Source: Octopus sinensis (Eukaryota). From it: a stretch of DNA of 64,000 bases. The translations under genes were made by a program, and so were the position numbers. Positions 1 through 11,229 of the stretch are shown piece after piece. The DNA lies in assembly GCF_006345805.1 (NCBI RefSeq), contig NC_043012.1, positions 15,190,001-15,254,000 of the forward strand, read 5' to 3'. Position 1 is the first letter of the stretch, and every line of letters begins with the position of its first letter. The notes beneath the pieces are model-generated. The model did no database searches and had not been told where the DNA came from. It saw only the letters and a program-made list of their open reading frames with translations.

Positions 1-1098
1 CAATTACAATTTACCTAGCATTTTTAAGAGTACAATGCATCGCGTCATGCCAGGTCCAGTTTTTAAAATTTAAACTCCAATTAAGCAAAATTTACAGAAA
101 ACTCACATTCTGGTGTGTGTGTCAAATGCTTTTCTTAGTCTGCTTTACACCACACGCAAACGCACACACATAGTGTGCGACGAATAAAATGAAAGTAAAT
201 AGCGACAGAGTGATTTGAGGAAGACTAAACTGAAAGTATTTAAACCACTACTCAAAAAATAAAAAAAACACAGCAAACAGAAACAAATAAATACATAACC
301 ATTTACTCCTCACACAAATTCTTCAATTAGAATTTACCTAAGATATTTCAGAGTACTTCAGTGGGTGATGCCATAAAAAATTTCTTTCAATTTTACCACC
401 AATTAAGACAAAATTCGAGAAAACTCAATATTTTAACATATCACTCCGAAAGCATTGCTGTACATGTGTGCGTGCGTGAGTGTGTGTGTGTCATTCCTCA
501 CACACACGCATACACATACATATACAACTACATACAACTACATACACATACAACTACATACAAACACGTGTGTGTTTGTTATTAGTAAAAAAGGCGCCAA
601 AACTCAACTCACTTATCATTCCAACACATTTGCAAAGACACACGGACGGACAGAAAAGGTAAATTGGTTTTTATTTTACCTGTATATATTTTATTATATA
701 ATATTATATATAGATATATGTATATATAATTGCAGTATGAAACAGTGTTTATGTATAAACAGACGACACTTATATATAGTTACCAAGCCGCCCGAATTTA
801 CCTATTCATATTTAAATGAGAATATCAGAGCAAATCTCTTTAGTACATTCGTGAAAACACGTATTATACTTCGTAAACACTTCAACTACAGTTTTGTACA
901 AAAATCTAAGTGTAATTTTAATTCCGTGAATTATGGGAGATTTTTTTCCGAAATTTGTTCCTATTGTGTTTTCAAAATTTGTAATTCTGACAAAAAATGG
1001 ATACGAATTTCATTATATCAAGCAGCGAGTCAGAATTCGAAGGATTTTCTACTGAAGACCTTCATAAATCTAACTCTATGACTGAAAAAAAAAAAGCA

Positions 1099-1456
1099 TC
1101 TTTATATAAGAGTGAAGTTGTGTGTCTGTCTCCTACGATTTAGATTCCTAACTACTCCCACATTTTGCGGTGCAGTTTAACCAAAAGCGGGTATCTTATA
1201 GTCGTGATTCATATCGAGTCTACGATTTAAAAAAAAATTACCATCATATTCTTCCATTTTAATGCATTTTTTCGCTTTTATATAAGGGAAGTAACTCTCT
1301 AAAAATATCTACGTGTCAACGATTTAAAAAAAATTTACCTTAATTTTTTTTCAATTTTTAATGCATTTTTTTGCTATTTTTTAGCTATAACTCTCTATAA
1401 ATGCTTATATAGTTATTTCCCTTACAAACCCGAGCAACGCCGGGCGATACTGCTAG
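1099..1456 (+). mobile_element. Non-autonomous Helitron-like element
   Basis: Starts TC after an A (1098). Ends with hairpin CCCG-A-GC-AAC-GC-CGGG (1429-1444) then CTAG (1453-1456) followed by T. No TSD. Internal imperfect duplication at ~1222-1278 and ~1319-1380. Confidence 0.75.
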
Positions 1457-1556
1457 TTGTCAATAAATGACTGACTTGAGTTTTTTTGTTTCACTGTCTT
1501 ACTTTACTTAAGAAATTGAATAAAAAGCAGGAGTTTTTGTTTTGTTTTCACATAAA

Positions 1557-1945
1557 GGCACTGGTGTGGCTGTGTGGTAAGAAGTTTGCTTCCTAGCCAC
1601 ATGGTTTCAGGTTCAGTTGCACTGTGCAGCATCTCAGGCTGACCAAAACTTCATGAATGGATTTGGTAGAGTGAAACCAAAAGAAGCCTGTTGTATGTGT
1701 GTGTGTGTGTGGTGTGTGTGTGTGTATCTATGTGTGTGTGTGTGTGTGTCTGTGTTTGTTCCTCACCACTGCTTGACAACTGGTGTTGGTGTGTTTATGT
1801 CCTCATAACTTAGCAGTTCAGCAAAAAGAGACTGAGAGAATAAGTACCAGGCTTAATATAAAGTAAGTATTGGAGCTGATCCATTCAGCTAAAATTCTTC
1901 GAGGCAGTGACCCAGCATGGATGCACTGAAACCAGTAAATGATAA
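1557..1945 (+). mobile_element. tRNA-derived SINE, family S1 (OR/CORE-like cephalopod SINE)
   Basis: A-box TGGCTGTGTGG and B-box-like GGTTCAG, (TG)n middle, 3' half matching the many other copies in the window. Confidence 0.8.
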
Positions 1946-1984
1946 AGGACCCTAAAATATGTGAGATGACATCATATAAAAAAA

Positions 1985-2232
1985 AGGAGCACTCCGTCGG
2001 TTACGACGACGAGGGTCCCAGCTGATACGATCAACGGAACAGCTTGCTCATGGAATTAACGTGCAAGTGGCTGAGCATTCCACAGACACGTGTACCCTTA
2101 ACGTAGTTCACAAGGAGATTCAGCGTGACACAGAGTGTGACAAGGCCAACCCTTTGAAATACAGGTACTACTCATTTTTGCCAGGTGAGTGGACTGGAGC
2201 AACGCGAAACAAAGTGTCTTGCTCATCATTTA
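1985..2232 (-). mobile_element. SINE-like repeat, family S4 (body)
   Basis: Reverse complement matches 58080-58290. The head of the same family is seen at 33790-33945. Confidence 0.55.
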
Positions 2233-2301
2233 CAAGACATCATGATCCAAATGCTCATCATATATAAGACATCATATACAATTTAGGTACAAGTCATATG
2301 C

Positions 2302-2600
2302 ACTCACTCTTTTTCACTCTTTTACTTGTTTCAGTCATGTGACTGTGGCCATGCTGGAGCACCACCTTTAGTTGAGCAAATCGACCCCAGGACTCATTCT
2401 CTGCAAGCCCAGTACTTATTCTATCGGTCTCTTTTGCCAAACCGCTAAGTTATGGGGACGTAAACACACCAGCATCGGTTGTCAAGCGATGTTGGGGGGA
2501 CAAACACAGACACACAAACATATACACACTCACATACATATATAAGACGGGCTACTTTCAGCTTCCATCTACCAAATCCACTCACAAGGCTTTGGTCACT
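2302..2600 (-). mobile_element. SINE family S1, head-truncated
   Basis: Reverse complement of the S1 3' half and middle. Confidence 0.8.
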
Positions 2601-2793
2601 AGTCTAGAGGCCTAAATCTCATCTATCTACATTGTGACTCACTATCAACAAATACTACAGGGTCCAGTGCTCTGATTTTGCTTGGTGGAGGCCTATGGTT
2701 CTGCATAGATGGTCCTGGTGGAGTGTAGCTGTAATTTAAAGGTACAACCTTGTTAACACTGTATCATGCTGATTCAGAATTACATTGAAGTTA

Positions 2794-3314
2794 CCGTAAA
2801 TCCTCAAGTATAATCTGCATTTTTTTCCCAAAATTTAAAGGTCAAAATCTCTAGTACGAGGTTAAAAATGAGAATTATTTTCTAAGCAATGTCCGAGTCT
2901 CTATTTGCTGTCCAGCAATGTTTATTCAGATGCATTTTGTGATGTTGAGCACGAAAATACCTTAAGCTAAGCCTGAAAGCAATGAAGTCATAAAAGAATC
3001 ATCCATAATTTGCAATAAGCAACATTTATTAAACGTTAATACTGTTATTTCTTTATTTTCTACAAACAAAATGCACAAAAAAAGCTACACGTTTGCATTA
3101 TGTAATATATACAATGGAAAACGGACGCTAAATGAATAATAAAGTACGATACCGTATACATTTTTACAAACCAAGGACGTTATATAGACCTCCTTGACTC
3201 AAGTTATAGAAGGAGTGCGTGTTTTACACAAGGTTTAGGTTTTTCAGAGGTACAGCCCCCTAAAAATCCCCTGCGTATTATACTCAAGGGCGGACTATAC
3301 TCGAGGATTTACGG
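2794..3314. mobile_element. Tc1/mariner-pogo type MITE
   Basis: 25-bp TIRs CCGTAAATCCTCAAGTATAATCTGC and GCGGACTATACTCGAGGATTTACGG (3 mismatches). TA on both flanks (2792-2793, 3315-3316). No coding capacity. Confidence 0.85.
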
Positions 3315-3665
3315 TACTTACATTGTGGAATATTCAGTCACTTGCATGCTGATTCAATGAACAAGTAGTTCAGCTGAATTCACCATCAAAGCCAACAGCA
3401 ATCCAGTTTCATTTTGTAGAGAAGAATAATGAAAAAATATCACAATGCAGAAAGAAGGTGGAAATATATTTATTTGATAGTGAAAAATTGTTTATTTTAC
3501 AGTTAAAACCTTAAGAGAAACAAACCAATAAGTCGTATCATTACCCACTTATGTATTATGGGTTTGTTGACTATTGTATCTTTTCTGGAGAACACTGTAA
3601 ATATTTCGTTTTTGAATTTGGTTTGCAAGATTCTTTATATGAGTTCGTGTGTTGAAGCATTTTCT

Positions 3666-3841
3666 GTTGTGTCTGGGGAGAGTCATTTTCTTTTTGTGCC
3701 TTATAATATAAACTATTGAAAAGGTTGCAAGATGCAACGAAAATTTTAGGAAAATAAAAGTAAGAAAAAAAGTGGAAATTTTACCGGTGAGTGTATTATA
3801 TTATAAGGCACAAAAAGAAAATGACTCTCCCCAGACACAAC
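3666..3841. repeat. Perfect 46-bp inverted repeat with 84-bp spacer
   Basis: 3666-3711 (GTTGTGTCTGGGGAGAGTC...TATAATATAA) is the exact reverse complement of 3796-3841. Confidence 0.9.
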
Positions 3842-4003
3842 TGTAAATATTTCCTTTCTTTATTTCAAGATAAGTTGTGATTTGAGAGATGTTTAGTCGC
3901 TATTTATAACAGGTTAGGGTATTTATCTTATGTACTGTGTAAAATGAATTAGTGTATCCTGTTTCAGTACTTGTAATCCTATGATGGAAACAAGTTATGT
4001 GGT

Positions 4004-4312
4004 TGTAGCAATATCGTCTCTCAGTGCTATCTTCACTGTTTGAGAAGAGTATATAGAATGACCTCGGTCGAGATTACAAACAGCTTTGGCTGGTTCAACA
4101 TTGATGTAAACACTAATTCGATTGGCTGACACGTTGGTCTCTACTACGCTCGTACCGCTGGTTATAACTTGGTGCAAAATGTCTCGACTTATTTTCGCGC
4201 CATAGTCCAAGCAGCCAATCACAGCTTTCCATTTCTGAAGTTCACTGGGAGCCTGGTGAAGCTTATAAAACAAGGTTTCTCAGAAAAATATTCGTCTTAG
4301 GTTTCCAGTCCT
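4004..4312 (+). mobile_element. Solo LTR-like repeat copy A, 5' part (interrupted by Tx1 LINE)
   Basis: Begins TGTAGC. Homologous to 25532-25989. CCAAT-like boxes and TATAAAA (4264-4270). Continues at 9454-9608 ending TGTTACA. Joined length ~447 bp versus ~458 bp for copy B. No clean TSD. Confidence 0.55.
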
Positions 4313-4483
4313 GCTGACGAGAATATTTTATCCCGCCTGGTCGGCACCTATATAAAGTTGTCACTGTTGTTACTAAAAACAAAAACAAAAAGGAAAAAGA
4401 AAAAAAAGTAAGTTGGTTTTTTTCGTTAGTCAAATTTATTTTGACCAATTTCAGTGAAGACGCTGAGGAGGGGTAGGCCAATA

Positions 4484-5808
4484 ATGGCCAGCCCGAAGGC
4501 GGACAGAGCGGAGGTCCAAACCCAGGTCCTTAGTCCAGAGATGTCCAACCTGGAAGGAATAATGGCTATACCCGACATTTTCTCGGACGAGGAGGAAAGT
4601 GGGAGAGTCAGAAAGAGTATAGATGTGCCAAGCATGGCAAGGAAGGTGCTAAACTTCGCCGAGGCAGCTAGTCCGAAGGAAAGAAGGATTAACCTACCAG
4701 GGTGGAAGAAGCGAAGAGATAGTGTCTCGAGACGGTTACAAGATTAACTAAACCAAGATGAAAGATAGATAGAATCTCTCGAGAGATAAGAAGAGAACGG
4801 TAATATTCAAAACATACCGTAACATAGAAAGGAAAATAGACTTTTCGTCGGAAAAGGAAGTGGAGGCGTGCCTACTACCCATCTGGGATAAAATCACATT
4901 TTTAACCAGGGGTAAGAGGTATGGAACTGTGGAAACTAGGTTCAAGACAGAAGAAGAAGCGAGGGAACATTCAATGAAGCCCCTAAAAACAGGCATAATA
5001 ACCCTTCTGCCTATCTATAGAGGAAGGCGTATTTCAAAAATTACGGTCGCCAACATACCGCCGGAGATCGAGCCCGAACTGATAGTGGCTGGGGTCACTG
5101 CAGGGCTGGAAGACCAAATGGAAGTGCGTGATGCCACGGTGGTAGAAGCCAAAAAGTGGCATGGACAGAAAGTACAAATTATTGTACAGGCAGAACAGGT
5201 CGCCTTGGAAGAGATAGGCGAGGTCATCGAAATAGGAGAGAGCCGGATGGCAGTAATGGTGGAGGGCCGGAAGCCCAGGTGTTTCACCTGTGGCAAGAAG
5301 GGCCACATCAAAAAGGACTGTAAGCCGGCGGAGAAGGAAAAGAGTAACCACAAAACCAAGTGCTCAAGGCGGCTACAGAAACGACAGCCGCAACAGAAGT
5401 AGGGGAGGGGTGGTCACAGTTTGCTGCGACAAAACGAAAGCACACAACCCCTCCCCGGAGAAAATTATAAGCAAAGAGAAGAGAGAAGTAAAGAAGGCGA
5501 AGAAGCCGGAGAGGGAGAACAGGGTGTATGTGGCGATGAATACCGCAAACAGAGAAGTGGTACGCAGAGTGGAGACTCAACACGTCGAGGAGGTGGAGAT
5601 GGAAGTGAAAGGTGGAGGCTGGAGATGCTACGTGATGGGACTGAAAGGGTTCAACACGTATGCAAACGACTTTAGAAAAGACGTAGGCACACCCAGAATG
5701 AGCAAGGAGGATGCAGAAAGAAAGAACAACAACGCGCCGAGTCCACGTTCATCTGAGGCAGAAGAGACGGGTCCCCCCCGCCGGCCGGACCCAGAGGAAA
5801 TAAGGTAG
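4484..5808 (+). pseudogene. LINE ORF1 (gag-like, zinc knuckle), frameshifted as assembled
   Basis: Pieces MASPKADRAE..., DKKRTVIFKTY..., CFTCGKKGHIKKDC (CX2CX4HX4C, 5280-5321). Stop TAG 5806-5808. Several frame breaks and an apparent stop at 4745-4747. Confidence 0.75.
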
Positions 5809-5815
5809 GCAAACT

Positions 5816-8800
5816 ATGGCTGTTTACGTTGGTTGCATAAATGTGCGCGTCCTGGTAGCGAACTGGAAACAAGGTCGTTTACTAAACGATATCAGGGCGC
5901 GGATTTAAATGTAATTGTCGCTACTGAGACACGAATCGAAGGGCCAAGAGATCTACTCCCGCTCATGGAAGGCTACGAGAAATTTATTTCTCCTGGACGG
6001 CATGTGGGCGGGAGTGGGGTGTTGGTTCTGCTTAAAAAAGATAGTGTCGCAGAGAAAAAGTTGATTTTTTCTGATTCAGAAGGTAGGCTGGTCGTCTTAG
6101 ATCTGACGTTCAGTTGTGGTAAAGAAATCAGGCTGGTGGCGGTGTATGCACCTAATACGGGTCAGACTGATTTTTATCGAGGCTTGGAGAAGTTTCTTGG
6201 CACGTCAAAATCCATAGTCATGTTAGGGGACTTTAATGCCATAGTCGACGCGCGCGTCGATGGCATTGGCTCGAAAGATAGGAAACCAAACGCTGGCTTC
6301 CGGGATCTACTGAGTCGCTTTCAGCTGGTAGATCCCTACAGACTTGAATTCCCGAACGCTCCACAGTGGACGTGGTTAAGTGGCGACGGGTCTATCGGGT
6401 CTTACATAGACAGAATTTTTATTAGAAAAATAGATAAAGGATTAGTTAAGTGTCCACAGTTTCACACGGTCAGTTACAGCGATCACAGGATGGTCACTGG
6501 CGAACTGAACCTAGATAAGTTAGGTAGTAGGGGATCCGGCTACTGGAAACTCAATAAGTCCCTCCTGGCTATTGAGGAGTACAGAAAGCGGATCGAGTTA
6601 GTAGTGAAGAGGGCGTTAACCGGTTCCATTATTAACAACAAATGGTGGTACGCCCTCAAAAGAGCCATCAAATACGAGTCCGTTAGATACAGCATAGGTC
6701 TAACAACTAGCGGGCGTAAGAAAGAGATGGGGCTAGTTAAGGCCTTAGAGGAAGCCATCAGAGCTGGCGATGGGGCCCAGGTTAGGCTGAGGAGACTGGA
6801 GTTGAACCAGCACCTCGAAGCCCAACATATGGGTTGCATCGTCAGAGCTAGAATTCGCGCAATGGGGTGCGAGGGTATCAAGGCTGCCGGATGGGCACGA
6901 GTTGTGGAGGCTCAACGTGGAAACGATTCCACAATTAAGTCTGTGACGAACGGGCGAGGCGATGTGATCACCGAACCAGAGGAGATGTGTCGGACGTTTC
7001 AGGAGCACTTCGCTCGGCTCTTTGGGGGCGACGGCGGACCGGAGGAGAGGTGGACCTAACGGACATCCTCGCCGGGCTGCCGCGCCTCTCGGGGCAGGAT
7101 GCGGAGAGCTGTGAAGCGTCGATCTCGCCTGAGGAGATAGCCGAGGTCCTGGCCGACTGCGGTGAAGGCAGGGCGCCGGGGATCGATGGTTTACCTTACG
7201 AACTATATAAAAGAATGCCAGACTTGTTCGGGAACGTGCTGGCCGGCGTTTTCACGAACTGGCGGCAGAATGGGTTCATTCCCAGGTCTGTACGTCGGGG
7301 AGTGGTGACGCTGATCAGGAAGGACCCGAGCAAGGGGGACAACATAGACAACTTTCGGCCCATCACACTGTTAACACAGAGGTGAAGATTTTGGCCAAGG
7401 TGTTAGCGAAAAGGTTGACGCGTGTCGCGGGTGGTCTGATCGGGGAGGCACAAACTTGTGCGATCCCTGGAAGAACCATCCAGGACAATCTTCACCTAGT
7501 ACGCTACACAATAGAAAGGTTGGGAATGACTCTGGCAAGGTGGGGCATTGGTCCATTTAGACCAGAGTAAAGCGTTTGATAGGGTGAACCATCGGTACTT
7601 GGTGTCCGTGCTGGCGCAGTTCGGTCTGGGCATTGGCTTCCTCAGGTGGATCATACAGTTGTACGATAACATCGACTCGATCGTTCGGGTGAATGGCTTC
7701 CTGTCGAAGCCGTTCCGCATCAAACGGTCTGTTCGTCAAGGGTGTCCGCTCTCCCCGATTTTGTATGTGATGGCTCTCGAGCCATTGCTGCGAAAGCTGA
7801 GCGCCATCCCGATGAATCCAGGAGGTGGAGGATCTGTGACATCGTATGCGGACGACATCACCATCATCGTGACCGAGGTGGAACTCCTACGTAATGTGGG
7901 AGACGCCATCAAGGCTTACGAGACGGTGACAGGAGCAAAGATTAACCGGGAAAATCGGTCGGCTTGCAACTCGGCACCTGGAGGGGCAAGTCGATGCCTT
8001 CGAATAGCATCGTGGGATGCTGGACGGAGGGCCCGGTTAAGCTGCTAGGGATCTGGTTTGGTCCAGGTCTCCAGATAGAAAAGAACTGGTCTGAGGTGTC
8101 GGGCAAGGTGGCTCACGCGGTCGGGACTTGGTCCGGACGGTGGCTGTCCTTGAAAGGGAGGGCGGAGGTGGCCAATGTGTTTTTAGCATCGGTCATCACC
8201 TACCGCCTGACCGTCGTCCCTTGTCCGGATTCGTGGTTGAGCAAGTTGGAGAGGCAGATCTTCCGCTTTTTGTGGAAGGGAAGTGCTCCTCTTGTAAGAC
8301 GTTCTATCTGCTGTCAGAAACCGTTAAAGGGTGGCTTGGGGATGCCTTGGCTGATGATGCGCAGAGATGCGCTGAGGTTAAGGCACCTTTGGCTCTACCT
8401 GGATGGTGAACGGGTGTGGTCCCCGCTTGCGAAGCAGATGTTCCCCAGCTTTGTCAGTTTCGGTGGCAGAGAAACCTGGTTTCGTCGAAGACTTAGATCG
8501 AGCATGTGGTATTCGGAGTGCCATAAGGCACTCTGCCACTTCCGCAGGTCGGGCAATGCCGGCGGCTTTGGTACCACCGCAGCTTTCTATAGCAGGTTGG
8601 TAGAGGCCGGAAATGACGATGCCTTAGGAAGGACCTTGGGCCTCGATAGAAATCAGTTGGACAGCCTGTTCCGAAGGACGTTCGGGCCGAAGACATTGGA
8701 TAACTTCCAGAAGTCTTTGACCTGGCAATGTTTCAGAGGAGCTTTACCCGTTCGGGATAAACTCACAAGGCATGGTTGGAGTGGACCATCGAACTGCCCA

Positions 8801-9194
8801 AGATGCGAGCGGGATCTGGAAACAGTCTCGCACGCTATTGTTCAGTGTCCGAAGTTCGGACGTGTGGGTATATGCCGAACACCTGTTGTCGGACGGAAGA
8901 AGAGTACAGCTATCGGCTGAGACAATTATAAAAATTGACTCGCCTAGCTTTTTGACAAGTGAAGGTAAGCATTGCTTTCTCAGTACAGTAGCAGTAGCGA
9001 AAGAGTGTATATGGAAGACCAGAATGAAAGCGGTAACGACAGGCACCGTGATCTCTGGCTCCGCCTTGGTGACCTATTTCAGGTTCCACCTAAAAAGAAA
9101 GGTGGAGTTGGAGAAGAGGTGTCTGTCTGCGTGTGAGTTCGATAAAATATGGAAGCGTGTGGCACGGTTGCTGCGAGTGAGAGGAGCCACGTAA
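5816..9194 (+). pseudogene. LINE ORF2: APE endonuclease + reverse transcriptase + C-terminal zinc motif, six net frameshifts as assembled
   Basis: MAVYVGCINVR, ATETRI, LGDFNA, SYIDRIF, SDH (endonuclease). FRPITLL, LDQSKAFDRVNH, RQGCPLSP, YADD (RT). CPRCERDLETVSHAIVQC. Confidence 0.95.
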
Positions 9195-9453
9195 ACATGC
9201 TGTAGGTTGGCTGCCGAGTTTCGGTGGGAATAGCAGGGCTCGTGGGGTCGGCAATCCTGGTGTTCCCACTTCATGTGTTCCCTTTATGTTGTGTTGTTGT
9301 TGTGTATCATTCGATTTATCCGATTTTGTGAAATTTAAAAAAAAAAAAAAAAAAAAGTTCATTTTTTCTGTAAATACCATTTGTGTCTCATGACCCCAAA
9401 TCATGATGTATTGTCCCATTCTTCGTTGGCCCCTTGTGGGTAATAAAGAAATA

Positions 9454-9608
9454 CTTAGGTTTCCAGTCCTTCTCAGGGCGAACCTCTGACCACACAGAGC
9501 TCGTCTTAGGCTTTTAGTTCTTTTAAGAACTAAGTCTCTGACCACACAGAATACTCGACCAAGTTCCAGTTTCGAGGCAGGCGACCACCATTAATACAAG
9601 ATGTTACA
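9454..9608 (+). mobile_element. Solo LTR-like repeat copy A, 3' part
   Basis: Tandem motif GTCTTAGG..TTAG..C / CTCTGACCAC matches 25830-25940. Ends TGTTACA. Confidence 0.5.
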
Positions 9609-10656
9609 GATACCTCTCATACTGTTGTGTGAAAAATCACCATGAAGAAAACGGTTACAAGATATCTATAACTAGAGAAACATAACCAAGCAGAACATAT
9701 AATGAAGAAGCAGCAAGAACCAATCGACAAACATCGAAGATTTAATTGTACACGAGACAACTACAGATTCAACTATAGCGGTTAGGTGAAATTCTCGCCA
9801 CGAAGAAAACGGCTACAGTAACATGTCTGGAAGTATATTCATATCAAGAGAAAGATAAACACAACGAGTGATTCAATTAATCTCAACTGCGACATGCAAT
9901 ATCTTGATATGGGACTCTTACAGTGTACCTCATAAACGGTAAATCAATTATCTGTTCTTGGGTTCTAGTTTCTTCTAAGAACTACCTTAAGCCATCTGTT
10001 ATTACCTGTTGCCAAGCCGATACCAACAACATTAACTGTGAATCAAATCCCATCGTCATTTCACTGGTTAGTACCTTTTTACGCCTAACGAACACACAGA
10101 CACAAAAACATGCGAACACTTACAAACTTCCAACATCAAACATGATTGTAAAATATGTAAAATAATATGTATATATTTAAAAAGAAATCTTGTTGTCATC
10201 CAAACTTATGTGTATTGCCGCTGCATGTAAAATATAGTCAGTAAAATATATTATTAAGAATAGGATCACGTTACTATTTTTATATGGTCATTCATTTAGC
10301 ATATAACTAGTCGTCTAGTAATCATATTTATATTAAGGTCAAGTACTCGAGAATATTCTAGAATATAACAGAAAATCAAATACTAGTAATTTAGGAAACT
10401 TTACTTTCAGTATTACTTGTTTATCAGTGTAATTTCACTTGTATTTTAGACTATGAATGATTCATTGATAAATGATATTAAAAAAACAAAACCAAAAGTG
10501 TGGTAACGGAGGTGTTGCTGTGGCGTATTATTCTACTAATGTTACTTGGAATGAGATATGGTGATTTTGTGGAAAAGCTGCATTGGATTACACCGTTTAA
10601 ACATGATTTAATTTTGTCACTTTAGGCATCAAAAAATCTTCATGCATTACAACATA

Positions 10657-10990
10657 CGAAGGAGAGTCAAAAATTATACGCACTCTCGCTTTTTCAATGG
10701 ATTTACACAAAAGCAGGGGATAAACATGTACTTCGTTTTTCTATATAGTCTCCTTCCTGTTCGATGCATTTGGTCCAGTGGTCCACAAGCTTGCATATTC
10801 CTTCTAAGAAGAAGGTTTTTGGTTAGTTGTGCAACCATCTTTGCACTGCTTCCTTCACATCTTCATCCGTAGGAAATCGATGACCTCGTAAACCATTTTT
10901 GAACAGTCCAGAGAGGTCTGGGCTGTAGGCAGGGTGTTCCAGCACCTCAAAACTCAATTGGTTAATGGTTTCAACCGTCTGGGCAGCCGT
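10657..10990 (-). mobile_element. Mariner transposase 3' fragment with one TIR
   Basis: Minus-strand translation TVETINQLSFEVLEHPAYSPDL..GLRGHRFPTDEDVKEAVQRWL..KLVDHWTKCIEQEGDY. TA followed by a TIR-like CGAAGGAGAGTCAAAAATTATACGCAC at 10657. Confidence 0.85.
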
Positions 10991-11229
10991 TATTAGCTTT
11001 TAAGAAAAACCTTTTCCAATGGACATCGCTGATGGCATGGAAAGAGGAAACTTGCTTGCCTGAGTAACTGCTAGTCTTTTACAATGAAAAATATCTTGGA
11101 TTAACCTGAACCTATGGCTACATATGTGGTTAGTTCTAAATAACAGAAACTTCAGAGGGGAAAAACTTGAATGAGATTAGCCTTATAGTATTGGTCTACT
11201 TGTCTGGCCTCTGTCAATATATGAAAATA

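Larger units (their letters stand above)
4313..9453 (+). mobile_element. Full-length Tx1/L1-group non-LTR retrotransposon
   Basis: 17-bp TSD CTTAGGTTTCCAGTCCT (4296-4312 and 9454-9470). ORF1 with gag-type CCHC knuckle. ORF2 with APE endonuclease, RT and C-terminal Cys/His motif. 3' UTR ends AATAAAGAAATA. Confidence 0.95.

Noticed and set aside
361-1081. ORFs of 60-208 aa at the window start
   Set aside because: Built largely from (CA/TA/TG)n and AT-rich sequence, with no recognisable domain.
997-1098. Short ATG frame MDTNFIISSSESEFEGFSTEDL.. cut by the Helitron
   Set aside because: The SEFEGF acidic motif recalls DNA-transposase termini, but there is no continuation after 1456 and no TIR to support it.
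4748-9274. Many minus-strand and alternate-frame ORFs over the Tx1 element
   Set aside because: Shadow ORFs of GC-rich LINE coding sequence.
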